Assembly (NCBI GenBank): GCA_052426225.1
Contig: JBNJNM010000008.1
Location: 806,001 to 870,000, forward strand
Reading direction: 5' to 3'
Length of the DNA: 64,000 nucleotides
Origin: Zancudomyces culisetae HAW-14-8
Lineage: Eukaryota > Fungi > Kickxellomycota
The notes below the pieces were generated by a model. It saw only the letters and a program-made list of their open reading frames with translations, ran no database searches and had not been told where the DNA came from. A program made the position numbers and the translations under genes. The number at the start of each line of letters is the position of its first letter. Position 1 is the stretch's first letter. This document shows positions 49,832-63,492 of the stretch, piece after piece.

Positions 49832-52057
49832 ATGAGTATAGACTCGATGTCAGGAAGGCAAAGATCATATAATGGGATGCCAAACTACGGAGGAGGAGAG
49901 ATGGATGATGGGGCATTCATAAGGAAACAAATGGAAAGATCAAAAGCAGGGATGCAACAACAGTACAAAAATTCACTGCAAAGCGGATCAAAAATTAGGC
50001 AGAATATGCCCCAGGGGAGGTCGGGTGACCACAGCAGAAACGCAAGCAGTTCAAGCCTGAGTTCACAAGGAGCGCCACGGTCAGGATCAGGAATGGGCGG
50101 AAGGCAAGGTGGGGGTAGAATGGTGCAACCACAAAAAAGCTATACGGACATAGCAGGAGCAGCAGGAGCAGCAGGAGGTCATGGTGTTGGATATCATCAA
50201 CACCCACCAAACTATCCACCACAACGACAGCCTAGGAAGCAACACAAGTTTTCTGGACCACGATTTTACCAAGCCATTTCGGACATATTTTTTTCGAAAT
50301 TTTTGGTTGATGAATTGTTCTATTATGGTAAGTAGATGAGTAGTAGGGCTATATGCGGTATTGAGGAATATAAAAGCGTAAACTAAACAAATATAATATA
50401 ATACAATATAACAATAGAAATCAGAGAATCAATATCACGTCGAATACAAGAAAACTCTCATCGATCAGACCCAGAGGACCTCGAGGATATCGTCAGAGAA
50501 GTCTCTGAAGCGTGTAGATCGACCAAACTAAATCTCGATGGCGTGGTGCAGTGGAAACTCAGCAGGTTTGATCACACCACAGAGTCGTCAGTAATCGACC
50601 ACGTGTTTCTGATAAATGTCAATATTATGAGCTACGATTTTAGATACTCGCGGATGTGTATAGAGAAATACTGTATAGACCCACTGTGCTGTGACTTGCA
50701 TGCAGAGTCATATAGCGAGAATGATAAAGCAAGGGCATTCCGCCGGATTCTTAACGCAGTTCTCAACGAAGCAATCCGAACAAAAATCCTTACCAAAGAC
50801 CAGAAAAACACCATTAGAATACGGCTAGTCAAGTCGCACTTTTCTATAGATGACAGAGTTGCAGTAATTCGTGAAATGGCGTTGCTGATAATGCTTGGAC
50901 AAACAGAAAGGTATCGTGAACTAGCTATTAGTGGTCTGACGACATTGGGTACTCCGTGGGCTCCGCCTGCGGAACTACTTTCTGATCTCGACCGCGAATG
51001 CAGCCTGGACCCAGAAAAGGTTTTCCACAAGGCTGTGGCTGTCAGTACAAATGCATACATGGAAACCATACTGGACGTCAGCCGATTGGGCTTAGGCCTA
51101 TCTAAAAATGAAATTGAGTCCTTGCTCTCTTTATGGGCTCAGACTGTTTCACGCGCTGCTCCCTCCAAAAAACTTACTATTCCAATGCTGCTGCATGTTT
51201 TGGTTCACTCCAGTGAAGCTGAATTGGAAAGAGCGTTTTCTATGTCTGCACTCAAAAGTGGTGCTGTCACCACCACTTCAGATCGCATAAGTCAGGTGGA
51301 AGATGCCGCCTTGCAAGCTGTACAGAATTTGGGTCTTGCTTGGGAACTTGGGGACAATCCTCCCCATGATCTTCGCCAGCTGTGCATGACTCTTCTTCTT
51401 GACATTGGCAGTGTGTTTTCCAAGTTTATTATCCGGGAGAAAAATGCTAATCGCGCATCAGCCCAGGATTTGGAGGAAATCGGTATTGTTGAAGATGGTC
51501 TCTTTACTCCTTGGTTTGAAATGTGCTCGTTGATGGTTCGCCACGAGCGACTAAAAAAAAGCTACCTATTATCTCTGCTAATATCCTACATCAGCATATC
51601 CAGTGAGCGCTTGCTTGCCCAAAAGGCTGACTTCAATCCTGAAATGCATCTCACTATTTTGTTGGAGTTGCTGACTGAATACCGTAAACGCAGACCCGAC
51701 TATGATCCTATTTGTGTTTCATTAGATTTTAATTTGTCAGATTCCCGGGACGCTGATGGAAGACCCCTTGAACTCGACAGAGCCACGAAAGAATCCATTG
51801 GCTCCGAGTTCGACCGACTGTATGCCTGGATAGATCCAAATATATCCTCATCCAACCGAATCCGCTCTTTACTACGACCCCTTTCACCAAAATCCAACCA
51901 GATGCTAACAATGAGAAGAGGTGGAACTCCATCAGCCCCAAATAATGTCATGAATTCCGGTGATTCTTTCAACGCCGATCCTAACCTATCCGATGCTTAT
52001 ATTAACGCTGTGGCTTTGTCAGAGTCATTTAATAGTAACATGAAGTTTAGCAGCTAA
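49832..52057 (+). CDS. Hypothetical protein, 711 aa (exons 49832-50327, 50418-52057)
   Basis: A phase-1 intron GTAAGT...ACTAAA...TAG (50328-50417) joins two long ORFs in frame. Low-complexity N-terminus and helical-looking core; family not recognised. Confidence 0.8.
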
Positions 52058-52770
52058 TTTAATTTTCTACCAAGTCACCTATATTGTTATTTGTTTTTTT
52101 TTTTACATTTATGTCTACATTACTCTTGCTTTTGATAAATTACAATGTAACACAGTGTACAAAATTCTATTTCTTTAATTTCTGTATTTACCAAAACAAG
52201 TTTTGTTACTGGCAGACAGAGAGAAAGAGGGAGGGGTTGAGGGAGAATAGGTGTTTTTTAGGTTTTATTTTAGTGTCTGCTGTGGAAGTATGTCAAATTA
52301 TAATGACATGACAAGGATCATCATCAACATGACATGTCAAAAATAAAATAGGATTTAGTGGAAGTCATTGATCCATTTGGTTGAAATCGTTGTACTCATA
52401 TCGTAAAATACTGGGTAAAGGGTTCATCTCGTCCCATATGCAACAGGAGTATGACATTTTTCCGAATACTACCAGCACACATCCAAGTAGTTTAGTTGTA
52501 CAACCGAAAGGATTTTTTGGGTGCATGAATGAATGACTTTTTTCTGTGTTAAACGAAACTTGCGTTATATTTATGATGTCTTTTTTTTTTTACTTTTCAC
52601 TGCTTCTAAAACCTCGTCAATAAACCGAATTAGTTATGATTAGTGAATTGGTGAAGGAGAAAGGGAAGAAGGAGAAGGGGAATGAGGAAAAGTACTGGTA
52701 AAACCGGTCAAAATGAGTTTTTAGTCAAATCCGGAATTTTTAAAAAGGATTACATACCTAGCAACACTAA

Positions 52771-52788
52771 CCCCCCCCCCCCCCCCCC
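52771..52788 (+). repeat. C18 homopolymer upstream of MSH4
   Basis: Run of 18 C. Confidence 0.85.
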
Positions 52789-52962
52789 TTCCACCTTTCC
52801 AATTCCCTCCCTTTCTAAACTCTGCTTATAATAAAAGCAAAGTAAACAAAAAAGACTCGCGTAAAATTACGCATATATATATTTGTATATATATTCACGA
52901 ATTATTGAAACAAAGTTAGTGTATTGTTTTTTTTGAAGTACTGGTAGTATAAGTCTGTATAT

Positions 52963-55900
52963 ATGGGTGATAGAATAAACACGCTTGAAAAGGAAAAAAG
53001 CACTGTCACGTTTCTCTTATCAACAGAGGAATCGAGTGCAGTTCTCAGTGACTCAAACAAAAATGGTAGCATTAATACTAACCATTCTGGTAAAGTAAAC
53101 AATGCCCAGTCTCTTGGTGCTTATGTCGATGGCAGCTTTAATAATGTTTATAGTGATGAGTGCCCTAGTATTGATGAAAATAGCATAGATATTGCGGTTG
53201 ATGAGTATGATATAGCTACAACAACTCTAGAAAAAGTATCAAGTAACTTTGAGAAAGAACGTCCAGAACATAAAAAGTGTGTCAAGGTTCCATCGTTTTT
53301 GACAAAAGAGTTGGAAAATAGTTATATACAAAAGAGACGCAAAACCAACAATTATACCACTACGGAAACAAAAACACAAACCATTCAGTTTAGCCAGGAG
53401 GTTAATGTTAACGCTGTTGATAATGGTCGTAGAGCAAAGATCAAAACAAAGAATAGTAAAAATCAAAAAATCAAGTGTTACGATGGAGAGGCAGTTAAAT
53501 ACTTCAGTAACATTATTGGGGATACAAAGATGGGCAATGTGGATACTTATAATAGAGTCAATGAAAAGAACAGTAATATGCAAACCGGAGCATCAAACAC
53601 AGACTCGCCAACTACAAACAACTCTGTGTTTGATATCGACGGGTTTATCTCGAAGAGAAAAAAAGAAAAGAAAAGTATAGCAGGGAAGGATATAAGTGTT
53701 GGAAATACCAATTTTACAAATATTACCAACCTTTCTAACGTCGGAAGTATGGACTATAATGTACATAAGAGTTATAGTCGGTTGGGAACTGTAGGAGGCA
53801 GTCAAAGTGATGATCGCACTGCCAAAAAGTATGCTCATAGCATTTATATTCCTGAAGAACCAAGAGGTGATGAAAAAAGTGACTTGAATGTATATAATGT
53901 TAGCGATGTTGGAAGTGTATCAGGATCAATAAATAATCATACATTTACGAGTAATCAAAGATATGATGTTTATGACGCATCAGCAGGAAAAATAAATGCG
54001 AAAAAGACAACTCCAGTTTCAACAGGAAGAGTAGGAAGTGTATGCGAATCGGCTGTACAAAACGAAAACGTATTAGTGGCGTTAATAGAAGGGAGTGGAA
54101 TTGCTAGCGAGGTAGGGGTTTGTGCACTGAATACAGAAACGATGGAGTGTTTTCTAACACAATACGCAGATATGGGTGGCTTTTCCAAAACAATAGATAC
54201 GCTGAAAAGACTAGGTGCACAGCTAGTAGTAATGGCATCGACAGTGGTTGAGAAACAGTCCAAGCTTTTCTGGCGAATTGGCAGCCAACTGAAAAGCTCA
54301 ATTGTAGTTCAAAAAGTTCCACGCAGCTTTTTCAATGAAGAGCGAGGTTTGGGTGCAATTAACAAATGGATTTTGGAGGCAGACATTCCGGATCTGATGT
54401 TGAAACTGCAGTCAAAATACTATTGTTTAGCGGCAATAGGAGCACTATTTACGTATATCGAGAAAACCGACAACAAAGGGGTGTTACAACAAGGATACGG
54501 TAGTGGTAATTTTATCAGAGGAGTGTTTCAGTTTCAAGATAGTACAATGTATATTGATCCAGCTACACAGTTGGAACTTAGGCTTGTTGAGGGTGTGGAC
54601 AAGCAAGAAAGTGCGTTTTCATTGTTCGGAATTATGAAACATACTAGAACAGCAATGGGAACCAGATTACTTCGGGCGAGTATATTGCAGCCTAGTACAA
54701 ATATAACTACAATAAATGAGCGATTGGATGCAGTGGAAGAATTGTTAGCATGGGAAAATGTATTTTTTGGGATACAAAGTGGTTTGAAGCAGATTCCCGA
54801 TATTGATGGAATTCTTTCACAGGTAGATATAAAATAGCTAATAAATTAGTTTGTACTCTTGGATATGTTGTTAACTAAAACTATATGAAAAATGAAAAAT
54901 ATTAAAAAATAGCTGACGCAGATTAGTGGTTCAGTAACCGTAAAGCATGCAGAAAGCAATATCAATAATGTAATAGGAATACGAGAAACAATAATGCATA
55001 GCATCAAGATATCTGAACTGCTGTGTAGAGCAGAGTCACAGCTATTGATCGAGATAAGAGATGTGCTACAGGATCCAGTGTATGAATTGGTGTATAAAAC
55101 AATTGAAAAAGTGTTGCGGGATGACATTGTAATAGGAAAAACAGCGCTAGGTATGAGAAATGCGCGATGTCACATAATCAGAGAGAGAAAAGATGGATTT
55201 TTAGATGTGGCACGGAGGACGTATGATGAGTCAACACAGGATGCAATCGATTTGGTGAAGGAATATTGCGATACCTACGGGATAGCGATACGAATACAGT
55301 ATAAACATCCACACGGATATTATCTTGCAGCACAGGCAAACGAGTTTATGAACAATGAATGTAGGAGTTGTGGCATATTTATAAATGTCAAAAAGCATAA
55401 TAAACTGGTGACATTTACGACATTGGATTTGGTTAAGCTGAACGACCGAATTCAAAATTCAATTACGGAAATCACACTGCTTTCGGACAAGATACTCAAT
55501 AACGAGGTAATAGATGTGGTCAGAGAGCATGTGGATGGGATATACAGGCTTTCTGAGGCCATAGCAATGTTAGATATGGTGCTTGCGTTTGCATATCTGA
55601 GCACAACATCAAGCGATTATGTAAGACCAAGGTTTGCGGAGAATAGGATGGAGGTGATAAATTCAAAGCATCCAATCCTTGAGTACAGCGTTAATAGTAA
55701 TAACAGTATTAGCAGCAATAACAGCAGACAAACAAATGCCGGTGGAGGACAACAGGTGGTGGCCAACAATATTCATTGTAGCACCAAAGACAATATTGTC
55801 GTCATTAGCGGGCAAAATATGGGCGGAAAATCGACATATGTGCGACAAATTGCAATTCTTAACATAATGGCTCAGATGGGCAGTTTTGTTCCAGCCCAAC

Positions 55901-56296
55901 GAGCAACATTTCGAATCCACAGCCAATTATTTGCGCAGCTGAACCACAATGACAGCATCGAAATGAACGCATCGAGCTTTATGGTTGAAATGCGCGCAGT
56001 TTCGATGTACGTCAAAATGGCGGTGTCTGATACTGTCAACCACAACCACCCAGCCAGTAGCTTGGTGATTATGGACGAGCTGGGGCGAGGAACTAGTGCC
56101 AACGAAGGTGCTGCAATTGGATTTGCGGTTTTGCAGCATTTCTTACAAGCCCGTTCAGCACCATTCGTGTTTTTCACATGTCATTTCCTTGATTTGTTTA
56201 ATAGTCTTTTTGGTGTGCCGAGGATAAATCTCCTTTCTGTTGGCCCAATGGTAAGATTATACTTGTTTAATACCATCATAACATTAGACTTACCAC

Positions 56297-56331
<35 letters not shown>

Positions 56332-56569
56332 TTGAGAGGAAAAAAATGCATGATCGTAGGACAATAGTCAGAAACAAAAGTACAAAGTGGTTGTTTATGA
56401 TAAACCAATATCAACCAATATATCGTATGGTATAAAACTGGCCAAAGAAATTGGATTTGAAAACCAAATAGTCGAGATGGCAACTGAGATTAGTGATTAT
56501 ATTATTAATCAAAAAAAGAAAACAAATCAAAATAAACAAGACAAAATTATAGAGAGGACAAACCAATAG
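52963..56569 (+). CDS. MSH4: Meiotic MutS homolog 4 (exons 52963-54822, 54913-56250, 56360-56569)
   Basis: [101 protein letters not shown]. No mismatch-binding domain I. Confidence 0.92.
56297..56331 (+). repeat. (AAT)n microsatellite in the last MSH4 intron
   Basis: About 11 AAT units; it produces a spurious poly-Ile tail in the raw ORF. Confidence 0.85.
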
Positions 56570-58173
56570 AACCACCAGCCATCTGTTCCTTAGCAAATAT
56601 TTCAAAGTAACTATAGATAATAGTAACTGCAAGAAGAATACCTGTACCTGAACCAATAGCACCCAGCAAATCTGCACTAATTGACAACAATGCAATCACA
56701 ACACCACCAGTGGTTGCTGCAGTGGGGATAATGCGCTTGAGTTCTTTATACATTGAAGTATCACGGTATCCGGCTATTACGGTTTGTTGGTCTCTCATTT
56801 CCTTGGCAACGTCTCTTGGTCCTGATCCGCTGACATCCAACCATGCTCGTGACAACACAGCACAAATTGTTACCATGTACAATACATAGATTGCAAACTG
56901 GATTGGGTCTTTGAATGTGTCAAAGAATGATCTTGGTGGTGTCATGTAGTAAGCAAGTCCTGAAACTGGAACAAAATATGAGCTGCCTTCATAAGGTTCC
57001 CATGATCCAAGAAGTCTGACAAAAATGTTTTCTGGGAAACGGTTATACAAAAGCTGCGAAATCATAAAAATGTTGGATGCCAATGCTGACTGTAGCATAA
57101 TAGGCATGTTGGATGTGTAGAACAGCTTGACTGGGTAGGTTGCGCGGTGTCCTCTGAAGCGTGCTGATTTGATTGGAATCTCCACTCGGAATCCTTGCAA
57201 ATAAATTACTGTTGCAAATACTGCTGCTGTTGCGATCAAGTTGGTCAAGTTTGGCATGGTTGATCGGAAAAAGGCTTCAAATAGTGCTGAGAACTTGTTC
57301 TTGCGGACAATCAATAAATGGAAAAGTCCAATTATTCCTCCCTCAAACTCTGGTCCTCTTCCTGAGTTGACTGTAAGTGGTGACAATGCCTTCCACACGA
57401 TATCTTCACAAATGTTTACTGCAATAAACAGATTGATTCCTGAACCAAGCCCATAACCCTTTTGCAACAATTCGTCCAACAAAATCGAAATCAATCCTGA
57501 GACAAACAATTGAATTATCAACAACAAACATATTCCTGCTCCTAAACTTGATGGGACTCCATATGTTCCTGTCATGACTGCTACTGTTGCTGATCCAAAT
57601 GTAATAAGCAATGCCAACACTATTCATTTTTCCATTTTATTTCATTTTAGTTTGGTTTACACTGTTTTATTTTTTCATTTTATTATTTTCCATCTCCAGA
57701 ATATTCTCAAATATCTTACATTTTTGTGCTCCTGAAAACAGTGCTCTGTCCTCCTTCAAGCTATAGTCGACTTCAATCAATTGTGCTCCTGCCAAAAGTT
57801 GCATAATCATTCCTGACGTAATAATTGGCGTAATACCCAATTCCATCAATGTTCCTCTGTTTGACGCCAAAATTACTCTCATCCAGTAAAGTGGATCTGA
57901 GCTATCTGATGACATAATTCCGTACAATGGAACTTGTGACATTACTAGATATATCAGCAGTGTCACTACTGTCCACAGAAGCTTTTGGTTAAATGGCACC
58001 TTTCTATCTGGTGACGCAATTTCGGGGATAACCGCCATAAACGGTCTAACGAACTGAAGAAGTCTCACTATTTTTCATGTCCACGCAATAGTTTTTGTGT
58101 TAGTTTGTATATTTTTCGGCATGTTTACATCTTTAATATCATCATTCGCATCGTTGTTCTTCTAGTACTTACT
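56547..58173 (-). CDS. SEC61: Protein transport protein Sec61 alpha, 473 aa (coding 58173, 58067-57720, 57619-56547; ATG split by intron 1)
   Basis: [62 protein letters not shown]. The spliced length fits Sec61 alpha. Confidence 0.95.
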
Positions 58174-58603
58174 CTTTTATTTCCTGTAATCCTTTGAGTC
58201 CACTATCCGGTAATCTGTTTTACGAACTGTCTTTTAAACAGAAATATAATTCCAAAACAAAAAGTACTCTTGTAATCGGATCAATCCTTATAGAGTATTG
58301 TTATAATTCTCCTAGATATAAAAAGAGAAAAGGGTGTTTATTTTTTTTTCGCTCTTTAATAGTATTTTTTTTTTGTTTTCTCCAACTTTTTATTTTTGTG
58401 AGCTAATCGTTATTTGAAAAATGGGCTTTTTCTCTACTAAAAACGAATAAAGCGGCGAAATAAATAATATGCAGAAATCGCAAAACTACAAAAATCTTAT
58501 TCGTATAACGCGGTTATTGGCTAGTACCTTTTATTTTAGAATTGAATTTTGTAGGTTTTCTAAATATTTTTTGCATTTTTGGCATTAACGAAAAATTTAG
58601 ATG

Positions 58604-58626
58604 TTATTATTGTTGTTGTTATTAAT

Positions 58627-58662
<36 letters not shown>
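58604..58662 (+). repeat. (ATT/GTT)n microsatellite
   Basis: ttattattgttgttgttattaatagtattattattattatt... Confidence 0.8.
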
Positions 58663-58663
<1 letters not shown>

Positions 58664-60014
58664 GTATTTTTTTATTTATTTATTAGCATAAACAATAATT
58701 TTCCGAAAAAAAAGTGTACACATTGTGAAACTGAGTTTTTGCTATTGGGTTTTCCATTTCATTCCAAGCCTTTTTTTGCTTATTTTTAAAGATTCCCCTC
58801 TCCATTTTTATTGAATAATGATTTTTTTTTAAATCTAATTTTAACTATTCTTCCTCCTCACCCTCACCCTCACCTTCCTTTCCTGCCTTCAATTTTGCTA
58901 TTGACTATTGATTTCCATTAATTTCCGCATTGTAAAATGGAGATTGGGCAAAATACAAACACCAAATTGTGACATTGTAGTTTATTATTTGGTAGTTTTT
59001 TGTCGGCTTTTATCGCCTGCTCGAATTTTTCCAAAATTCCCGTGTATAGTTCCCGTTTTACATATTCGCGAGATTACAACAATATAACAAAAGGCGAAAG
59101 GTAAAAAAGCTAAAAGTAAAACAGAAAATAAGAAAAGCATCCAGAGTATGAAAGAGAAAAGGGTTTTTTGTTCATTTTTTCCGTTCTCACCCAAAAGAGA
59201 AGAGGAGTGGAAAAGGAGCGGAAGAATGTTCATATTTATATTTCGCTACACTTCTGTTGCTTGCTCAAAAAAGTTGTTATTTACTGAAATTTTCCATCCC
59301 ATCCCATCCCATCCCACCACTACTATATCCAAGTTGAGTGTACACCGAAGTATCATCAACATCATAATTACCAAACGATTACTGTGTACTCCAACTTTAT
59401 TTTATCTTATCTCTACAACTGTACATGATCATCTGTGTAGTGTTTATCCCTTTTTGAGGAATATTACCAGAAAATATCCCCGCTTATACCACATCAATAT
59501 CACAATAATACATACTTATTCTTTTTTTTGTTATTTTCGCTAATTACTCGGAAACACATCTTGTCCAACCCATAGCGATTTTTATCTTGAAAAACAAGAT
59601 TGTATGCTTTTACCAGTAATACTGTTTTTCAAATAACCAATCTAACATTGGCCCTGGCTGTGTCGCTACGTACTTATAAACACCCGAGCATTTGGATACT
59701 CTCAAGCATTCAAAATTGCATTGCGTTTACTCTAAAACAGAGTTTAATGGATCACATATAATACATAATCCCACATACAAGAGCTCAAGCAAAAAAAATA
59801 AAAGAGATAAATAGGATCAAGCTAGACGGTACATCAGTCCGATCATGAATTCAAGTACCCACCCAGGGCACCAATGTAATTACCCATATTAGCACTAAGA
59901 ATACACAACACTCAAACCCTATGAACTCAAGACAAAGAAAAAAAAGAAAAATCATATACCTTACAGATTTATTAGCAAAATAACCTTACTAAAATCACAA
60001 TCAATAATATTTTT

Positions 60015-60968
60015 TTATGAAAACTTGGATCGATGTTTGAATGATTGAACTGCTTGTGGGAATCCAAGCAACAAAAACTTAAACCAATAAATGGCTATCG
60101 GCACAGTAGCGGCATGCCATAACGAGTGGGCGTCTAGCATGTCAAGAAACGGTGGAAAATCAAAGGCTTCCAAAGCAAACGCCAAATCAGTAATTACAAC
60201 CAATATAACCGGATAGTGCCACATTTTCATCCCTCTTGTCCGCATCCTGATGGAAAATAAAGCCCAAGCAATATTCGAAAAAACTCCAACAATGGCATTG
60301 GCTAGCATGTTGTAAGTGTAGCTGAATCGTATGAACTGTAAATAAAACACGTGCATAAAGTAAGCAGACATGAAAACCGCCAGGAAATAAAACGTCTTGC
60401 GGTTGTAAAATGCATTACAAAGTGTGATTACGGGTAAGTATAGCTGAAAAAGTACTGCAAATCCAGCAGAAAAATAATCCATTCGTTCGGTAAATTTGAA
60501 ATCCCTCATATGAAACACAGATGACCACAACCAAATCCACATTCCTACAATTGTATACGCCTTCAGCCAAAAATACACATCTTTTGACAGATTCCGAGCG
60601 CGACTGACGTTGTAGTAGTTCCTATAATATACATATCCGTTCAACAGGCTAAACAGCACGCTGAATGGTTCTTGGATTCCCATAAACCTAATAAACGGCC
60701 ATTTGCCATAAAATTGATGGATTTCCCCGCCAGTTTTCCGGGCCTCAACTGTCAGCTCCCTCGTGCATTTGTATCGACAATTGCTCTCGCAGTTCCATAG
60801 TGTAAATTTCAAGATTACGGATAAGGGTTTGGGATTCAACACACAATCGTTTTCGTAACAGCGGAGTACGCAGTTTTTGAATTCGGGTAACTCATCCCCA
60901 GTCGAGCATAAAACCGTACTTAGGCCAACAATGCTGATTAGTGCAATAAAAAGTTTTCTAAAATTCAT
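60015..60968 (-). CDS. PER1: GPI remodelling protein Per1/PGAP3
   Basis: Signal peptide, STGDELPEFKNC..C, WNCESNCRYKC, HQFYGKWPF, QEPFSVLFSLLN, SSVFHMRD, DYFSA, DFPP..LDAHSLWH. Confidence 0.93.
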   Translation of the reverse strand: MNFRKLFIALISIVGLSTVLCSTGDELPEFKNCVLRCYENDCVLNPKPLSVILKFTLWNCESNCRYKCTRELTVEARKTGGEIHQFYGKWPFIRFMGIQEPFSVLFSLLNGYVYYRNYYNVSRARNLSKDVYFWLKAYTIVGMWIWLWSSVFHMRDFKFTERMDYFSAGFAVLFQLYLPVITLCNAFYNRKTFYFLAVFMSAYFMHVFYLQFIRFSYTYNMLANAIVGVFSNIAWALFSIRMRTRGMKMWHYPVILVVITDLAFALEAFDFPPFLDMLDAHSLWHAATVPIAIYWFKFLLLGFPQAVQSFKHRSKFS

Positions 60969-62067
60969 TTTCGCTTTCAGCTTTTTGTCTATGTGTTGAA
61001 ATTTTATGAGTATTTTGGAGATTGTTGATAAATATTGGTGTGAAAGGCTCGTTGTAATATACAAAATAAAATAGTTAAAAAAAAACTACGACGCCTTAAT
61101 TAGTGACTTTGTTGGTTTCGATTTGCCAATACAAGAGCATCCTTTGATAAAAAAAAAATCGAGACCAAAAAGTTTGTTTATAATGGTGCTAATTTTGTTT
61201 TCTTTTTTTGATTTTTTGTTGTTTATAATTATTTTTTGATTATTTTTATACCAGAAAATTAAAACCAGAAAACATAATTGGGTGGAAAATAGATGCTGAA
61301 TTGAGGGAGAGAAGAAAAAATAAAAGCGAAAGGAGACGAGTTTTGACGAATTTGAAAATATCCATTAAGAAAAAGGTCGTATTTTCCAGCCAATCATATC
61401 CAGCCTTTATTGAAACTGGGTATCATTTCAGTCTTAATTCCATATTATACCACCACACCTGTAGCTGTAATGGCGGTATTGAGTATGATGTATGTTACCA
61501 TTACATCGGAAGGAGCTTTTGGCTCATCCGAGTACACCAGATATTTAAACGAAATAAAAGAGAGTGAATCGTTTGTCCCTCAAATTCAACACAACCGTTA
61601 TATTTTGTAGCGAGTATACATGCAACTCATCAGAGTATGGCGTGTAGAATATGTAGTGCTATAATCAGATGCCATGTATGTGTTTTTAACGTAATTGAGC
61701 ATATCTGTTTGCCAGATCAAGTCTAATTTCCATGTTTCAACTTCAATTCCCATAATAGCAAAAATAAAATATAAAAAACAAAATAATACAAAAATATCCC
61801 CCCAACAACCAATCCACGGCTATATCTAGGCATATAATATTTTTGAGGAGCATACTTAGGAATATAAAAAAAACCAAGTAAAACGGTGAAAACCGTGCCA
61901 TTTATATAGAATACAATCATAAAAGTACTGACACACCACTAAAGTGGAGTTTTAAACGGTTTGCCTTTTTTTTTTTAAAAAAAGAAGAATGAGCACAGCC
62001 CAAGATAAATCGCATTGAAAGTGTATAATCTCAACAAGTTCGCAAACAACAGAGCGAAAGTGCGAGG

Positions 62068-63492
62068 ATGGTTTTTTTGCTGAGCTCTGTAGCTCTTTCT
62101 GGATTTAGTCTAATAATTCCGGTGATTTTTGGCAGCTGCTGTGGCAATGTGGTTTTTCTAGAGTCATTTCTAAAGTAAAGTATCATTTCTGAATTATTTC
62201 TTCATGGCCGAGTCCTTAAGTGTATAATTAAATGTTGTTGATTCTCAGTACAACGAATTCAAGCATGTTTTTCCTTGGGCATTGAAATTATATAAAAAAT
62301 AAGCAATTAATGCTAAAACGCTGTTGTAATATAGAACGAACAAAAACTGTGGTTCCTTGCTTACGTTTTTACAGTTTGTGCTACTAGCGCTGCTCACATT
62401 TCCATTCCAGGCAAGGTTCGAAAAAACGAATAACAAATATATATTTTTCAAACTCAAACTAATTAAGGGGCATGTGCCGCTTAAAAAATGGTTTATCATG
62501 GTTATAATGTACTATGCAAGCTCAATGTTCAACAACATAGCATATAACTGTAGTATATCTGTGCCGCTACACATTGTGTTCAGATCTAGTAGCTTGATTG
62601 CGAGTATGCTGTTGGGAAAACTAATAATGAAGAAAAAGTATACGGTACGACAGCAAATTGCGGTGGTTATCGTCACAATCGGTGTAGTATGGGCCACATT
62701 GGTTGCGCAAAAAGCTATGAAACACGATTCTAAGAACCTCAGGGACTCGACTATTGTAGCGGACGGGTTGGATGAAAGTACAAACAAATGGGCTTTTGGG
62801 TTACTTGTTCTTTCCATGTCGGTTCTTACAGCTTCGTTTCTGGGTATCTATCAAGAGGGTTTGTATAAAAGATACGGCGGGGATTGGAAGGAGAGCATGT
62901 TTTATTTGGTAAATATCTACTTTTATTACCACCTGAGATATTTACTGATACAAAAAAAATATAATAGCGGCAAAAAACTGTTCAAGTAATTCTATCTATA
63001 ATAACTTTAATTATCTTTCATGTATAGCATTTTCTTGCGCTTCCGCTTTTTTATTTTTCGTGGTCAGATATTAGGCAAGAATCGACAATAATAGGCCTCA
63101 ACTCGACAAACACATCATACAGCTTCAATGGGCAGGCAATACCAGCGGATGGCACTTGCAGCCCAAGTGGATTCCTATCTCTTCCAATTGTGTCGAGCAA
63201 CTGGTTTTATCTGATATCCATACTGGTATCCCAAATCATCTGTACAGTTTCTGTGAATCTCTTGGCGATAAAAACCACATCTTTGACGTTGAATCTTGTG
63301 CTTACCATGAGAAAAATGCTCAGTCTGGTTATTTCTTTTGTTATATTTAAAAGCAACAATTCCATTGGATTTGTCTTGGGGAGCCTACTTACTATTTTTG
63401 GAACATTCCTTTACGCTTACGACCATGCTGGTACCTTGAAGCTCATTTCTTACTTTAATAAGCGCACTGAGCGCAAAGAAAAGCGTGAATAA
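62068..63492 (+). CDS. YEA4: UDP-N-acetylglucosamine transporter Yea4 / SLC35B4 (3 exons)
   Basis: VIFGSCCGNVVFLE|...GSLLTFLQF, ISVPLHIVFRSSSL, LGIYQEGLYKRYG..WKESMFY|HFLALP, SLTLNLVLTMRKMLSL; C-terminal KxKxx. Confidence 0.9.
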
